A program made the position numbers and the translations under genes. The notes beneath the pieces are model-generated. The model was not told the DNA's origin. It saw only the letters and a list, made by a program, of their open reading frames with translations, and did not search any database. A stretch of DNA of 64,000 nucleotides. Source: Bacteroides sp. Its GTDB lineage: Bacteria > Bacteroidota > Bacteroidia > Bacteroidales > Bacteroidaceae. The DNA lies in contig JAGATY010000089.1 in the NCBI GenBank assembly GCA_017621035.1, positions 3,884 to 67,883 of the forward strand, read 5' to 3'. Numbering within the stretch: position 1 is the first letter of the stretch; every line of letters begins with the position of its first letter. Below are positions 48,667-58,940 of this stretch, in pieces.

Positions 48667-49650
48667 ATGCATAAATTGTATCCTCTTAAATTTGAGCCTG
48701 TTCTAAAGCAGACACTTTGGGGTGGTGACAAGATTTTTTCATATAAACATATAGATGAAGTACTGCCAAATGTAGGCGAAAGTTGGGAACTGTCGGCTAT
48801 TAAGGGCAGTGAATCCATTGTGGCCAACGGCTCAGAAAAAGGTACTACTTTGTCTGAATTGCTTGCAAAGTACAAGGGTGACTTGGTGGGCGCATCCAAC
48901 TATGCCCGCTATGGCAATAAATTCCCCCTGCTGGTGAAGTTTATCGATGCCAACAAAGACCTCTCCATTCAGGTGCATCCCAACGATGAATTGGCTATGA
49001 AACGCCACGATTGTGCCGGCAAGAACGAAATGTGGTACGTGGTGGCAGCCGATGAAACGGCCAAGCTTATCCCCGGCTTCTCACGCCACATCACCTCTCA
49101 AGAATATAAAAACAGAGTGCATGACGGTACTCTGATTGATGTACTTCAGACGGTACTGGTTAAGACCGGCGACGTCTTCTATGTGCCTGCCGGACGTGTG
49201 CATGGCATTGGTCCCGGTGTCTTTATCCTTGAAATTCAGCAAACTTCCGACATTACTTATCGCATCTTCGACTATGGTCGGAAAGATAAAAACGGACGGC
49301 CGCGTGAGTTGCACACCGACTTGGCCATGGAGGCCATCGACTTCTCTGAGGTTCAGGACAATTTCCGCACCGAGTATGAGCACAAACAGAATGAACCTAT
49401 CGAGCTGGTGGCAACTCCAGATTTCACTACTTCGGTATATGACATGACGGAGAGCATCACTTGCGACTACTCGGAATTGGATTCCTTTGTCGTATTAGTC
49501 TGTGTGGAGGGTAGCTGCCGACTGCTGGACGATGTGCAAAACGAGCTGGATATGCACGCCGGCGAAACTGTACTCTTGCCGGCAACCACTCGCGAACTGA
49601 CCGTTCTTCCGGCAGACGGAGGCGTAAAGTTTCTGGAAACATACGTGTGA
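48667..49650 (+). CDS. manA: Mannose-6-phosphate isomerase, class I (cupin)
   Basis: LWGG, GESWE, FPLLVKFIDA, LSIQVHP, KNEMW, PAGRVHG, EIQQTSDITYR. Confidence 0.93.
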   Translation: MHKLYPLKFEPVLKQTLWGGDKIFSYKHIDEVLPNVGESWELSAIKGSESIVANGSEKGTTLSELLAKYKGDLVGASNYARYGNKFPLLVKFIDANKDLSIQVHPNDELAMKRHDCAGKNEMWYVVAADETAKLIPGFSRHITSQEYKNRVHDGTLIDVLQTVLVKTGDVFYVPAGRVHGIGPGVFILEIQQTSDITYRIFDYGRKDKNGRPRELHTDLAMEAIDFSEVQDNFRTEYEHKQNEPIELVATPDFTTSVYDMTESITCDYSELDSFVVLVCVEGSCRLLDDVQNELDMHAGETVLLPATTRELTVLPADGGVKFLETYV

Positions 49651-49717
49651 TAGTAGATTTAACTTTCGCAAGCTCAACTTTTTTGCAGTTATCTTTCCAC
49701 TTTCAACTCTTAAGGTG

Positions 49718-50011
49718 TCATCCTCTGTTTCTCTCTGTCTCCTCAGATTTGCTTGCAGAAGTTGACCTATTAAAGTTTCTCTTTCCCCAGCGTACACTCC
49801 GGTGCACAATGTCAAACAGGAAGAGCCCGATGTCAATCAGCTGCATGATTTTGTTGATTTTGCTGCCGGTCTCAGCCGTTGGGGCATAGAACTTGCGGGC
49901 AGAGTTTCTGATAAACTCCTGCTGAGTACGGATGGCCTCCAGCGTCTTCTGCTTCTCGGCACGGATGCCCTCCAGTGTTGGTTCATTGCTAAGGGGTGAC
50001 GGCTGCTTCAT
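49718..50011 (-). CDS. Hypothetical protein coupled to the holin-like gene
   Basis: Start taken at MKQPSPL, 8 bp after the upstream stop; helical N-terminus; no recognisable motif. Confidence 0.5.
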   Translation of the reverse strand: MKQPSPLSNEPTLEGIRAEKQKTLEAIRTQQEFIRNSARKFYAPTAETGSKINKIMQLIDIGLFLFDIVHRSVRWGKRNFNRSTSASKSEETERNRG

Positions 50012-50018
50012 GGCTTCT

Positions 50019-50387
50019 CTATTTTTCGGTGGATTCTGCATCGCTGAACAATCCTGAAATAAACTTGACGATGGGGTTGGCAATTAGCTGCTTGCGCAAT
50101 AATAGGATAAAAGCAATAATGGTCAGAACCAAAATGGAAACTATCCCGAAACTCCCCATCAGCCCTCCCACCACCGGCTCCAGTATATAGGCCAAGGTAA
50201 AGGAGAGATAGAAAAGAAACATGATTCCCAAAGTGCTGATGATGAGCACTAACAGCAATGTGGATAGCAATACACTCAATTTCTCTATCACCTCCAGCCG
50301 TGTATATCTTTTTTGCAGTTCTATGTACTGCTTGCCGGCTTCCCATATCTCTAGAAACCTCTCTGTGAAAGAATTATTGGAACTCAT
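50019..50387 (-). CDS. Holin-like (superfamily III / YqjE-like) two-TM membrane protein
   Basis: YIELQKRYTRLEVIEKLS followed by two long hydrophobic segments; common chromosomal Bacteroidetes family. Confidence 0.7.
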   Translation of the reverse strand: MSSNNSFTERFLEIWEAGKQYIELQKRYTRLEVIEKLSVLLSTLLLVLIISTLGIMFLFYLSFTLAYILEPVVGGLMGSFGIVSILVLTIIAFILLLRKQLIANPIVKFISGLFSDAESTEK

Positions 50388-50552
50388 CTGGTTAAGTCTT
50401 AGGATGGTGCTATCAGTTCAACAATCTACTTCTTCTTTTGTTTAAGGCAAAATACTATGGGAATGGTTTAAATTAGTAATATTTAACGAGGTGCTTAATG
50501 CCTTGATAACGGGTATTACCGTATTTTTGCACCCGTTGTTTAAAAGAGGTAA

Positions 50553-50963
50553 ATGAAATACTTTAACAAACTATTGGGAATGTGCCTGCTGTACATGGCG
50601 TGCTTGTTGACTTCGTGCATCAACAGTGAGGACGACCTGCATGGTAAGTGGCAACTGAAGTACGACGAAACGGGTACTACCCATGCACAACATGCCGACA
50701 GCCTCTTTTATAATTTCCAAAAAGGCAGCTTTTCGCAGCTCTGTTTACTGAAAGATGGCACTTACGAGACGTTTTTTGGTAATTATGCTTTGAAAGATGC
50801 TGAAATTTCTATTATTTTGCTGCCCGAAAGTCTGGAACACTGGATTTATTCCGACTATGTAGGCTGGGAAGAGGGGGTGAGAACCTTTAAAATAGTGGAA
50901 CTTTCTTCCGATGTTCTGCGCCTGCAATACGAGGGCAAAGAGATGGGCTTCCGACGTTATTGA
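50553..50963 (+). CDS. Lipocalin-like domain lipoprotein
   Basis: LTSC lipobox; DLHGKWQL lipocalin GxW motif; FKIVELSSDVLRL. Confidence 0.75.
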   Translation: MKYFNKLLGMCLLYMACLLTSCINSEDDLHGKWQLKYDETGTTHAQHADSLFYNFQKGSFSQLCLLKDGTYETFFGNYALKDAEISIILLPESLEHWIYSDYVGWEEGVRTFKIVELSSDVLRLQYEGKEMGFRRY

Positions 50964-50994
50964 AAGAAATTTATTTAACAAAAACGATAAGAGA

Positions 50995-51495
50995 ATGAGA
51001 AAATTGACAGTTTTTGGATTGGGATTGTGCCTGGTATTGGGCGTCTCTTCCTGTAAGACAAGTGAAAGTGCTTATAAAAAAGCATATGAGAAGGCAAAAC
51101 AACAAGAGTTGGCTGAACCGCAAGTGACTGCACCTGCTCAAGAAGTAGTTCCCGTAGCTGCTGCACCCGCAGAACCGAAAGTGGTTGAAACTGCATCTGC
51201 CGGTGTACGTCAAGAGAAGGTAACAGTTGTATCAGGTAATGGTGCACTGAGCGATTTCAGCGTAGTAGCCGGTAGCTTCGGATTGAAAGCTAACGCAGAA
51301 AACCTGAAGAACTTCTTGGATAGCGAGGGCTACAGTGCAGTGGTAGTCTTTAATGCCGAAGCAACCATGTATCGTGTCATCGTTAGCACATTTGCCGACA
51401 GAGCTTCTGCAGCAGCTGCTCGCGATGCTTTCAAGGCTAAGTATCCCGCCCGTAAGGACTTCCAGGGAGCTTGGTTGCTCTACCGTCTCAACTAA
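50995..51495 (+). CDS. SPOR domain lipoprotein
   Basis: Start taken at MRKLTVF; VSSC lipobox; FSVVAGSF...NA...MYRVIV...A...AWLL SPOR pattern. Confidence 0.88.
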   Translation: MRKLTVFGLGLCLVLGVSSCKTSESAYKKAYEKAKQQELAEPQVTAPAQEVVPVAAAPAEPKVVETASAGVRQEKVTVVSGNGALSDFSVVAGSFGLKANAENLKNFLDSEGYSAVVVFNAEATMYRVIVSTFADRASAAAARDAFKAKYPARKDFQGAWLLYRLN

Positions 51496-51542
51496 TATTG
51501 GGCTGGCGACATCACTGAAAAGTGAATGTGCCAACTAGATTG

Positions 51543-51630
51543 TTTAGGCACGGAATGCGCGGAAAATCATAGGTTTTACACCTGAATGGGTGTGAATCAT
51601 CTGTGAAAACCCGTGTAATCCGTGCCTAAA
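51543..51630. repeat. MITE-like TAGGCACGGA element, copy 3
   Basis: TTTAGGCACGGA...TCCGTGCCTAAA with inner TTTACACCTGAATGGGTGTGAA. Confidence 0.8.
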
Positions 51631-51639
51631 ATATTTTAT

Positions 51640-51882
51640 TTCCTCCTCCTACCATCGCCCTATCTTCTCCCTTATCTCTAGTATATTTGTTCAATACTGC
51701 TTCGATATTTATTCGCTAAAGTGCTGATATTCCAGGGAAATAACAAAGGTATATCGAAGCAGTATTGAATGTATGACGGCGTGGGTACCTTTCGGGTAGG
51801 GGTAGGATAAGGGTAGGGTAGGGATAGGGCAGGGATAGGGTAGGTGTTGAGTAGGTATTGGGTAGGTATTGAGTGGGTGTTG
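51640..51882. repeat. Symmetric element: pyrimidine tract, 19-bp perfect IR, G-rich GGGTA repeats
   Basis: TTCAATACTGCTTCGATAT (51690-51708) / ATATCGAAGCAGTATTGAA (51751-51769); eight G3+ tracts at 51794-51840. Confidence 0.75.
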
Positions 51883-52233
51883 AAAGATGTCTCGGAAAGA
51901 CTCGGAAATCGGCTCGGGGAAAAGTGTTTAGGCGGACTCTTAAAAGAAGTTATAAAACGAATTTAAAAACTTTTTCGACCGGAATAGTTTTTTAACTTTG
52001 CAACCTATTCTATTAAGGCCTCAACTTTCGCAAGTAAGTTTAGGGAGATAAAGGTAGATAAAAGGAGATAAAGGCTGATGGATAATTTTGAATGATGAAT
52101 TTTGAATGATGAATGATGAATTTGGAATTATCTGTGTTTTGGCATTTGTCTACCCGAAGAGTGAAACGATATCTTCATTTAACTCCCTTACCTCCACAGA
52201 GTTGAGCTTGCGAAACTTAAATTAAGACGAATT

Positions 52234-53055
52234 ATGCAACACGACTTTTTACTAGACGCCATACGAGCAGCACTGCTTGCCGGAGACAAAATCCTTTCCA
52301 TATATGATGACCCATTGTCAGACTTTCAGGTGGAGAAGAAGGCGGACAACTCTCCTTTGACCATTGCCGACAGAAAGGCTAATGAGGCTATTACCGACAT
52401 CTTGCGCAACACTCCTTACCCGATATTGAGTGAGGAGGGGAAGATGATGCCTTATGAGGAGAGAAGTTCTTGGGAGACTTTGTGGGTGGTAGACCCCCTG
52501 GATGGAACCAAGGAGTTTATCAAACGAAATGGGGAGTTTACGGTAAACATCGCTTTGGTGCACCATTCCGTGCCGGTGATGGGGGTGATATACCTGCCGG
52601 TCAAACGAGAACTCTACTTTGCAGCAGAAGGACTAGGTGCCTATAAGTTGGAACAGGTGACTGCTAGTGAGGTGGTTGCATTGGACGACCTGCTGGCACA
52701 AGCTCGACGTTTGCCCTTGTCGGAGAGCCATGAGGGAGTGGTGGTGGTAGCTTCACGCTCTCACCTCAGTGCAGAGACCGAGGCTTATATCCGGATGTTA
52801 CAAGAGAAGCATGGAGAGGTAAAGCTGGTCTCTAGCGGCAGCTCTATCAAGATTTGCCTGGTGGCCGAGGGTGCGGCAGATGTCTATCCTCGTTTTGCCC
52901 CAACCATGGAGTGGGACACAGCAGCCGGTCATGCGATTGCTCGGGCGGCAGGAAGAGAAATCTATAAAACAGATAAAGAAGAACCACTTACTTACAACAA
53001 AGCAGATTTGCTGAACCCCTGGTTCATTGTGAAGCCGGTGGCAAGCAAACTTTAA
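52234..53055 (+). CDS. cysQ: 3'(2'),5'-bisphosphate nucleotidase
   Basis: KADNSPLTIAD, ILSEE, VDPLDGTKEFI, MEWDTAAG. Confidence 0.96.
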   Translation: MQHDFLLDAIRAALLAGDKILSIYDDPLSDFQVEKKADNSPLTIADRKANEAITDILRNTPYPILSEEGKMMPYEERSSWETLWVVDPLDGTKEFIKRNGEFTVNIALVHHSVPVMGVIYLPVKRELYFAAEGLGAYKLEQVTASEVVALDDLLAQARRLPLSESHEGVVVVASRSHLSAETEAYIRMLQEKHGEVKLVSSGSSIKICLVAEGAADVYPRFAPTMEWDTAAGHAIARAAGREIYKTDKEEPLTYNKADLLNPWFIVKPVASKL

Positions 53056-53068
53056 AGAAGAAAATTGT

Positions 53069-54622
53069 ATGACATTTGAGATAGTATTTGTATTGTTGGC
53101 CCTGCTGGGCATGGTGGTGGCACTTATCATGGATAAGATGCGCCCGGGTATGATTCTGTTTACCGTGGTGGTACTGTTCTTGTGCGCCGGCATTCTTACC
53201 CCGAAAGAGATGATAGAGGGCTTCAGCAACAAGGGAATGATTACAGTAGCCATGCTCTTCTTGGTGAGTGAAGGTATTCGTCAGTCCGGAGCTTTGGGTC
53301 AGGTTATCAAGAAGTTGCTGCCGGAAGGAAAGACGACAGTCTTCAAGGCACAGCTGCGTATGTTGCCAACCATTTCGTTTATTTCAGCCTTCTTGAACAA
53401 TACACCGGTGGTGGTTATTTTTGCCCCCATCATCAAACGCTGGGCAGAGAGTGTGAAACTGCCGGCAACAAAGTTCCTGATTCCCCTCTCTTATGCCACC
53501 ATTCTGGGTGGTATCTGTACACTGATAGGCACCTCTACCAACCTGGTGGTACATGGTATGATTTTGGAGGCCGGTTACGAGGGTTTTACTATGTTTGAGC
53601 TTGGTAAGGTGGGTGTGGTGATAGCGTTGGTAGGTATTCTTTACCTGTTCTGTTTCTCCAAGAAATTGTTGCCGGACAGTCGTCAGGATGCGGCTAAGAC
53701 AGAGGGGGAGGAAGAGGCACATGCAGACCTGCATCGGGTAGAGGCTGTGCTGGGTGCCCGTTTCCCGGGTATCAATAAGAAACTGGGCGATTTTGACTTC
53801 CAACGCCACTACGGTGCTGAGGTTATTGAGATAAGACGTGGCGGTCAGACCTTTACGCAGCACTTGGAAGATGAGTATTTGCGCGAAGGCGACACGTTGG
53901 TGGTGCTGGCTGACGATACCTTTGTGCAGGCATGGGGAGAGTCTTCTGTCTTTATGCTGTTGGCAAATGGGAAAGATACTGAGCCTGTGCCGGGCAAGCG
54001 GAAGCGTTGGTTTGCGCTGATTTTGCTGATTCTGATGATTGCCGGTGCCACGGTGGGTGAGTTGCCTTTTATGAAAGAGGCTTTCCCGAACATCAAGCTG
54101 GACATGTTCTTCTTTGTCTCCGTCACGACCATAATCATGGCCTGGACAAAGATATTTCCGGCTCGTAAATATACCAAGTACATCTCCTGGGACATTCTGA
54201 TAACCATTGCCTGTGCCTTTGCCATCAGTAAAGCCATGGTCAACTCTGGGGTGGCAGATGCAGTGGCGGCATACATCATTGGGCTGTGTGACCATTATGG
54301 CCCTCATGTGCTGTTGGCGGCAGTGTTTATTATCACTAACCTCTTCACAGAGTTGATTACAAATAATGCAGCCGCAGCGTTGGCCTTCCCGTTGGCACTC
54401 TCCATCTCTTCACAATTGGGTGTGAATCCCATGCCTTTCTTTGTGACCATCTGTATGGCAGCGTCGGCCAGCTTCTCTACCCCGATTGGGTATCAGACCA
54501 ATCTGATTGTGCAAGGTATTGGTAACTACAAGTTTACCGATTTCGTGAGAATCGGCTTGCCGCTGAATATCATAACCTTCTTGATTTCAGTATTTCTTAT
54601 TCCTTTGATTTGGCCTTTTTAA
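53069..54622 (+). CDS. SLC13/CitMHS-type permease with TrkA-C domain (probable sulfate importer)
   Basis: SAFLNNTPVV, GGICTLIGTSTNL, ELITNNAAA, TPIGYQTN; located within the cys cluster. Confidence 0.88.
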   Translation: MTFEIVFVLLALLGMVVALIMDKMRPGMILFTVVVLFLCAGILTPKEMIEGFSNKGMITVAMLFLVSEGIRQSGALGQVIKKLLPEGKTTVFKAQLRMLPTISFISAFLNNTPVVVIFAPIIKRWAESVKLPATKFLIPLSYATILGGICTLIGTSTNLVVHGMILEAGYEGFTMFELGKVGVVIALVGILYLFCFSKKLLPDSRQDAAKTEGEEEAHADLHRVEAVLGARFPGINKKLGDFDFQRHYGAEVIEIRRGGQTFTQHLEDEYLREGDTLVVLADDTFVQAWGESSVFMLLANGKDTEPVPGKRKRWFALILLILMIAGATVGELPFMKEAFPNIKLDMFFFVSVTTIIMAWTKIFPARKYTKYISWDILITIACAFAISKAMVNSGVADAVAAYIIGLCDHYGPHVLLAAVFIITNLFTELITNNAAAALAFPLALSISSQLGVNPMPFFVTICMAASASFSTPIGYQTNLIVQGIGNYKFTDFVRIGLPLNIITFLISVFLIPLIWPF

Positions 54623-54630
54623 TATACTAT

Positions 54631-55242
54631 ATGAAAGCAGATAATATATATCCGATTTTTGACAAGATGTTGTCGCGGGCAGATAAAGAAGAGTTGCTCG
54701 GACAGCGCAGTGTGATGGTGTGGTTTACCGGACTGAGTGGCTCGGGTAAGAGTACGATAGCCATAGCTCTGGAGCGTGAACTGCAACAACGCGGGGTGCT
54801 TTGTCGCATTCTGGATGGGGATAACATCCGCACCGGTATCAATAACAACCTGGGTTTCACGGAAGCAGACCGCGTGGAAAATATTCGTCGCATTGCAGAG
54901 GTATCCAAACTGTTTGTCGACACAGGCATTGTGACCATTGCAGCCTTTATCAGTCCGAGCAATGATATTCGCGAAATGGCGGCTCGCATCATTGGGCAAG
55001 AGGACTTCTTGGAAGTATATGTCAGTACTCCACTGTCTGAGTGCGAACGCAGAGACGTGAAGGGACTCTATGCAAAGGCTCGGAAGGGGGAGATTAAGAA
55101 CTTCACAGGCATCTCAGCCCCGTTTGAAGTACCGGTTGCTCCGGCACTGACTTTAGACACCTCTGTACTCACGTTGGAGGAGTCTGTGAACCGATTATTG
55201 GAACTAATTTTACCTAGAATACAAAAGAATGGAAACGTATAA
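54631..55242 (+). CDS. cysC: Adenylyl-sulfate kinase
   Basis: [34 protein letters not shown]; start taken at MKADNI. Confidence 0.97.
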   Translation: MKADNIYPIFDKMLSRADKEELLGQRSVMVWFTGLSGSGKSTIAIALERELQQRGVLCRILDGDNIRTGINNNLGFTEADRVENIRRIAEVSKLFVDTGIVTIAAFISPSNDIREMAARIIGQEDFLEVYVSTPLSECERRDVKGLYAKARKGEIKNFTGISAPFEVPVAPALTLDTSVLTLEESVNRLLELILPRIQKNGNV

Positions 55243-56137
55243 GTTAAGCCACTTGAAGGAACTCGAAGCTGAGTCTATTCATATCATTCGTGAGGTGGCG
55301 GCAGAATTTGAGAATCCTGTGATGCTCTATAGTATCGGTAAGGATTCTTCAGTAATGGTGCGCCTGGCAGAAAAGGCTTTTGCCCCGGGAAAGGTACCTT
55401 TCCCCTTGATGCACATAGACTCGAAGTGGAAATTTAAGGAGATGATAGAGTTTCGCGACTCATACGCCAAGAAGCATGGGTGGAATCTGATAGTAGAGAG
55501 TAATCAGGAGGCTTTTGAGGCAGGAGTCGGCCCCTTTACGCATGGCAGTAAGGTACATACCGACCTGATGAAGACGCAGGCATTGTTGCAGGCGTTGGAT
55601 AAGTATAAGTTTGACGCTGCTTTTGGTGGTGCACGTCGCGATGAGGAAAAGTCGCGTGCCAAGGAGCGTATCTTCTCGTTCCGAGATAAGTTTCATCAGT
55701 GGGACCCCAAGAACCAACGTCCGGAACTGTGGGATATCTATAATGCCCGTGTGCATAAGGGAGAGAGCATTCGTGTGTTCCCTTTGAGTAACTGGACGGA
55801 GCTGGATATCTGGCAGTACATCCGTCTGGAGAATATTCCTATCGTACCGCTCTACTATGCTAAGGAACGCCCGATTGTAGAGCTGGATGGTAATCTGATT
55901 ATGGCAGATGATGACCGTCTGCCGGAACAGTATCGCGATAAGATTCAGATGCGTATGGTACGCTTCCGCACACTGGGCTGCTGGCCGTTGACCGGTGCCG
56001 TGGAGAGCAGTGCGGCAACCATTGAGGAGATTGTGGAGGAGATGATGACCACTACTAAGAGTGAACGCACCACACGTGTGATTGACTTTGACCAAGAAGC
56101 CAGCATGGAGCAGAAGAAACGCGAAGGATACTTTTAA
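55229..56137 (+). CDS. cysD: Sulfate adenylyltransferase subunit 2
   Basis: [24 protein letters not shown]. Confidence 0.98.
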   Translation: METYKLSHLKELEAESIHIIREVAAEFENPVMLYSIGKDSSVMVRLAEKAFAPGKVPFPLMHIDSKWKFKEMIEFRDSYAKKHGWNLIVESNQEAFEAGVGPFTHGSKVHTDLMKTQALLQALDKYKFDAAFGGARRDEEKSRAKERIFSFRDKFHQWDPKNQRPELWDIYNARVHKGESIRVFPLSNWTELDIWQYIRLENIPIVPLYYAKERPIVELDGNLIMADDDRLPEQYRDKIQMRMVRFRTLGCWPLTGAVESSAATIEEIVEEMMTTTKSERTTRVIDFDQEASMEQKKREGYF

Positions 56138-56156
56138 ACAGTGAAAATAAGTTAGT

Positions 56157-57647
56157 ATGGAAGATATAGAGAAAGATAAGTTGGCAACGGGGAATGCACA
56201 GTTGTCGATTGCTGATTTCTTAAAGAAGGATGAAAGCAAAGATTTGCTGAGATTCTTGACGGCAGGTTCGGTGGATGACGGAAAGTCTACACTGATAGGA
56301 CGCCTGCTTTTTGATAGTAAGAAACTGTATGAAGATCAGTTGGATGCGTTGGAGCGTGACAGCAAGCGTGTGGGTAATGCAGGTGGAAACATAGACTATG
56401 CCCTTTTGCTGGATGGTTTGAAGGCTGAACGTGAGCAGGGTATTACTATCGATGTGGCATATCGCTATTTTTCAACCAATAACCGCAAGTTTATTATTGC
56501 CGATACCCCGGGACATGAGCAGTACACCCGTAACATGATTACAGGTGGCTCGACGGCTAACCTGGCCATTATTTTGGTGGATGCCCGCACGGGAGTGATT
56601 ACACAGACTCGTCGTCATACGTTCTTAGTCTCTTTGTTGGGCATTAAGCATGTGGTGCTGGCTGTAAATAAGATGGACTTGGTGGACTTCTCAAAAGAAC
56701 GTTTTGATGAGATTGTGGCTGAGTATAAACGTTTTGTGGAACCGTTGGGCATTCCGGATGTAACTTGTATTCCTCTTTCTGCACTGGATGGAGACAACGT
56801 GGTAGAGAAATCTGTGCGTACACCTTGGTATGAAGGCGTTTCGCTGCTAGAGTTCCTGGAGACTGTGCCTATCGACAGAGACCACAATCTGAAAGACTTC
56901 CGTTTCCCGGTACAGTATGTGTTGCGTCCCAATCTGGACTTCCGCGGCTTCTGTGGAAAGGTGGCTTCCGGTATTGTCCGAAGGGGGGATGAAGTGATGG
57001 CTTTGCCTTCCGGTAAGAAGTCACACATCAAGAGTATTGTTACCTATGATGGAGAACTGGAGTATGCTTTCCCGCCTCAGTCGGTGACGCTGACGCTGGA
57101 GGATGAGATTGATGTGTCGCGTGGTGAGATGTTAGTACATGCAGATAATCTTCCTATTATGAGTCGTAACCTGGAGGCAATGCTGGTATGGATGGATGAG
57201 GAACCGATGGATGTCAATAAGTCATTCTTTATCAAGCAGACCACCAACTTGAGTCGTACCCATATTGACACCATTAAATATAAGGTGGATGTCAATACTA
57301 TGGAACAGCTCTCTCTGGAAAATGGAAAGCTGACACAAGAAACGCTTCCGTTGCAGCTGAATCAGATTGCGCGTGTGGTGCTGACCACTGCCAAGGAACT
57401 CTTCTTTGATTCCTATAAGGAGAATCGCTCTTGTGGCTCATTCATCTTGATAGACCCCATTACCAACAACACCAGTGCGGTGGGTATGATTATAAATAAG
57501 GTGGAGGATAAGGATATTCGTGCGGTTGAAGAACTGCCTGTGTTGAATCTGCCTAAGTTAGGTATTGCACCTGAGCACTATGAAGCTGTGGAAAAGGCAG
57601 TAAAAGAACTTTTGAGACAGGGCGTGGAAATTAAAATAGTAAAGTAG
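56157..57647 (+). CDS. cysN: Sulfate adenylyltransferase subunit 1 (GTPase)
   Basis: [31 protein letters not shown]; no fused APS kinase domain. Confidence 0.97.
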   Translation: MEDIEKDKLATGNAQLSIADFLKKDESKDLLRFLTAGSVDDGKSTLIGRLLFDSKKLYEDQLDALERDSKRVGNAGGNIDYALLLDGLKAEREQGITIDVAYRYFSTNNRKFIIADTPGHEQYTRNMITGGSTANLAIILVDARTGVITQTRRHTFLVSLLGIKHVVLAVNKMDLVDFSKERFDEIVAEYKRFVEPLGIPDVTCIPLSALDGDNVVEKSVRTPWYEGVSLLEFLETVPIDRDHNLKDFRFPVQYVLRPNLDFRGFCGKVASGIVRRGDEVMALPSGKKSHIKSIVTYDGELEYAFPPQSVTLTLEDEIDVSRGEMLVHADNLPIMSRNLEAMLVWMDEEPMDVNKSFFIKQTTNLSRTHIDTIKYKVDVNTMEQLSLENGKLTQETLPLQLNQIARVVLTTAKELFFDSYKENRSCGSFILIDPITNNTSAVGMIINKVEDKDIRAVEELPVLNLPKLGIAPEHYEAVEKAVKELLRQGVEIKIVK

Positions 57648-57679
57648 TTTAAGAATCTGTTTGGATTTTATTTTTATAA

Positions 57680-57752
57680 ACACAGAGACACAAAGACACA
57701 GAGGATAATTTAATCTTTAACTCGACAACTCTGTATCTCCGTGTCTCTGTGT
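57680..57752. repeat. Palindromic ACACAGAG element between cysN and the sulfotransferase
   Basis: ACACAGAGACACAAAGACACAGAG / CTCTGTATCTCCGTGTCTCTGTGT, followed by 7-bp ACTATCA repeats at 57786-57815. Confidence 0.75.
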
Positions 57753-57820
57753 CCTAAGAAAAAACATTTCAAAACAATTTCTGATTATCAACTATCAATT
57801 ATCAACTATCAATTGAAAAG

Positions 57821-58927
57821 ATGGGCTTATTGGAATTTAACAAGCTGCCAATCAATACATTGGTTGGAGCAGACTGGAAGACATTTAAAGAGATAACCAA
57901 CGGGCGAGAGATAGGGAACGCCTATAAAGGAAAGTATCGGTTGACAAAAGCAGTATGTCGCTTGCTTTCTACTTTGGCTCCTTTACAGGAGCGTCGCTAT
58001 CAGAAACTGCTGGCAGACAAACCGTTGGAACATGATCCGGTATTTATTCTTGGACACTGGAGAAGTGGAACAACCTTTGTGCATAATGTACTCTCTTGTG
58101 ACAATCACTTTGGGTATAACACGACCTATCAGACAGTGTTTCCGCACCTGATGATGTGGGGACAGCCATTCTTTAAGAAGAATATGAGTTGGCTGATGCC
58201 GGATAAGCGTCCGACAGATAATATGGAACTGGCTGTAGACCTTCCGCAAGAGGAGGAGTTCGCACTGGGTAACATGATGCCTTACACCTATTATAATTTC
58301 TGGTTCTTGCCGCAGTATCAGCATGAGTATGCTGATAAATATCTGCTGTTTAAGGATATTACACAGGAAGAGCTGAAAGTGTTTGAAGAGGTGTTTGTGA
58401 AGCTGATTAAGATTTCACTCTGGAATACACACGGTACTCAGTTCTTGAGTAAAAATCCGCCACATACCGGGCGTGTGAAAGAGTTGGTAAAGATGTTCCC
58501 CAATGCCAAGTTTATCTATTTGGTACGCAATCCTTATACTGTGTTTGAGAGTACCCGTAGCTTCTTTACCAATACCATTCAGCCACTGAAATTACAGGAC
58601 ATCAGTAATGAAGAGTTGGAAAAGAATATTCTTTCCATCTATGCCAAGCTCTATCATAAATATGAAGCAGACAAATCTTGTATTCCTTCAGGTAACTTGG
58701 TGGAGGTAAAATTTGAAGACTTTGAGGCGGATGCAATGGGAATGACAGAACAAATCTATCAGGATTTGTCCATCCCGGGATTTGCAGAGGCACGTGCTGC
58801 CATAGAAAAGTATGTGGGAGGCAAAAAAGGATATAAGAAAAATAAGTATAAATATGATGACCGTACCGTACAGTTGGTACAGGAGAACTGGGACTTTGCA
58901 CTGAAGCAATGGAACTATGAGATTTAA
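57821..58927 (+). CDS. PAPS-dependent sulfotransferase (Bacteroides sterol-sulfotransferase-like)
   Basis: 5'-PSB loop ILGHWRSGTT, LSKNPPH, 3'-PB RNPYTVFES; directly downstream of cysQ-permease-cysC-cysD-cysN. Confidence 0.9.
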   Translation: MGLLEFNKLPINTLVGADWKTFKEITNGREIGNAYKGKYRLTKAVCRLLSTLAPLQERRYQKLLADKPLEHDPVFILGHWRSGTTFVHNVLSCDNHFGYNTTYQTVFPHLMMWGQPFFKKNMSWLMPDKRPTDNMELAVDLPQEEEFALGNMMPYTYYNFWFLPQYQHEYADKYLLFKDITQEELKVFEEVFVKLIKISLWNTHGTQFLSKNPPHTGRVKELVKMFPNAKFIYLVRNPYTVFESTRSFFTNTIQPLKLQDISNEELEKNILSIYAKLYHKYEADKSCIPSGNLVEVKFEDFEADAMGMTEQIYQDLSIPGFAEARAAIEKYVGGKKGYKKNKYKYDDRTVQLVQENWDFALKQWNYEI

Positions 58928-58940
58928 CTAGCAAAAAGAG

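Noticed and set aside
50019-50387. Prophage remnant implied by the holin-like gene
   Set aside because: There is no endolysin, structural gene or integrase nearby, and this family is commonly chromosomal in Bacteroidetes.
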